From Octopus sinensis (Eukaryota), in NCBI RefSeq assembly GCF_006345805.1, contig NC_043002.1, positions 55,738,001 to 55,802,000 on the forward strand: 64,000 nucleotides of DNA. The letters are read 5' to 3'. The position numbers and the translations under genes were made by a program. Shown in pieces: positions 62,340 to 64,000 of the stretch. Under the pieces are notes generated by a model that worked only from the letters and a program-made list of their open reading frames with translations, was not told the origin of the DNA and did not search any database. Numbering within the stretch: the stretch's first letter is position 1; every line of letters starts with the position of its first letter.

Positions 62340-62670
62340 CAGATAACAAGTCATTGCAGTCATTACATACCAAATGACTTAAGTACAGAATGTGACCTGC
62401 CAGTCAAACCTAGAGCAGCCCTACACTGTTTTGAAAGGACTGGAATTTGATTTCCAGAAAGATTTCTCTATTTGTAATATTGTCTCATTCAATCAATTTC
62501 AGGATCTTCAGTAGATATTGTTGACAGAATGTGTCGAACTCCTTGCCCTCTTTCACTAACATGTTTTACTGCCATCATACAGAACTATTTCTCCATGTAA
62601 CCGGATCTTCATGTCCCTTCTGATGCTTACTGTTGTCTTGGTTTGGCACATACACGGGACTATGACCTAT
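62340..62670 (-). mobile_element. Old non-LTR retrotransposon 3' remnant
   Basis: Decayed KIRL..VLYDG..KEFDTFCQQYL.KIL..DNITNRE motifs. Confidence 0.55.
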
Positions 62671-63524
62671 GCTTTACCCATTCTACTGTTCACATTATTT
62701 TTCTATGTCTCCATTACTCCTAATCTCATATTCCGCAACCTACTATTCTACGAAGATAGAAGGTAGGATTAGGGCTTTAATCTGCATCACTTTGATCTTT
62801 TCAAAGCTAATCCTGAGTCTACTAATTTCTACAGTTCTGTATTTAAGAGATAAGATATTATGTACATTTGACGGTTATTTGTCCTCATCTTCTTTGTTGT
62901 TAACATAACGTTTCAGCTGCTATACCCTCATCATCATCATAATAACCTTCATCATCATCATCATAATAATAATAAATGCCCTGATGCAGTACCAGACAGT
63001 GGCTCTCATGGCTTCTGATCTTAACTGATTGGGAGTGTTATATTGTACATTGTTTTGTCTTGGTATAAAAGATGAGCTACAGCAAATATTCTGCTCAATA
63101 CCACAGATTTGCTTGTCAGTTGTTTGACCTTAACCACTTGACAATGTCCCTTAGTGGCTGATGATATGTGTATCTCTGACCACAAGCAGAAGTAATGAGG
63201 GAGCATCATAGCCGTGTGTTGAAGGGAATTCTTGGAGATTTGGATAATTCACCTTTGGAAACATGGGTGGTTCGTTCAACATCCTTAAACAATCATTATT
63301 CAGGGACCTTTTGAGCAGAATGGGCTACTCGACCAGAAGAAAATTCTAACTGGGCCCCACCTGCAAGGTCATACGCTGTTTATCTTGATATGAGATTACC
63401 AGGTCGCGCACATATGGTTGTGATGCATGTGTCTGGTGTACCCTTATCAGACGGATAGTCATGATGGGTATACTGGGCTTCGTATATTTTACTCCAGTGT
63501 CACTTTGATACATGCACTGCTCTC

Positions 63525-63665
63525 TCACTCAATAATAATAATAACATTAAAAAATACCTTAGGAATGAGAATCCAGGTTCGAAATTTCCCCAAGACACCT
63601 GATGAAACATTGTGTTAATAACAAACAAGATGAGGACAAATATCCATCAAATGTAAATAATGTAA
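63525..63665 (+). mobile_element. Body and tail of the same hammerhead-bearing repeat, stem II deleted
   Basis: (AAT)n-aacattaaaaaataccttaggaatgagaatccaggttcgaaatttccccaagacacctgatgaa..; closely matches 39600..39740. Confidence 0.7.
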
Positions 63666-64000
63666 ATAATCTATTTTCTACTTGTTCTTGAAGCCCAGCT
63701 CCTTTTTCCACAATCAATGCTAAAATCTTGTTATTTCCACAGTCAATGTAAAGCCTCTATCATATAGAGGGATGGGGTAGGTGTCCTGCTGCAAAGTCCA
63801 CACAAGAATTTGATACCACAATTCTCAGTCCACTGGTCATTTTTGAATCTATATTTCTTATTTTACTGGAATAAGGCAGGTGCAGCTACTGCTGTGATGA
63901 TGATGCCAATTGAGGCAGAAACACATATCCACTGCTGTCCTCCTTTCTCCAAACAATCACACTATCCTTCTTATAATAGTATATCCTCGTTCTTGAGATC

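Overview
AT-rich, microsatellite- and SINE-dense animal genomic DNA; the repeat families look cephalopod (Octopus-like), which is an inference from recalled repeat sequences. Two convergent protein-coding genes were rebuilt by hand from GT-AG exons with consistent phases: (1) the 3' seven coding exons of MEIOB on the + strand (682..13307; 5' exons lie before the window), and (2) a complete NUP85 on the - strand (22 coding exons, 60854..17439, 1977 nt, 658 aa). Introns and intergenic DNA hold tRNA-derived SINEs of several families, 5'-truncated RTE-type LINEs, a decayed pogo-superfamily transposon with TIRs and TA TSD, mariner, hAT and piggyBac-like MITEs, and several long foldback elements. 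The most unusual signals are two families of minimal Penelope-type hammerhead ribozyme motifs. One is a near-intact G3-C8 core variant at 61984..62034 (-). The other belongs to a repeat that appears to join a Pol III tRNA head to a hammerhead-bearing tail. Almost all ORFs in the supplied track are microsatellite or SINE artefacts. No CRISPR, rRNA or true tRNA gene was seen. Repeat boundaries are approximate unless a TIR or TSD is cited.
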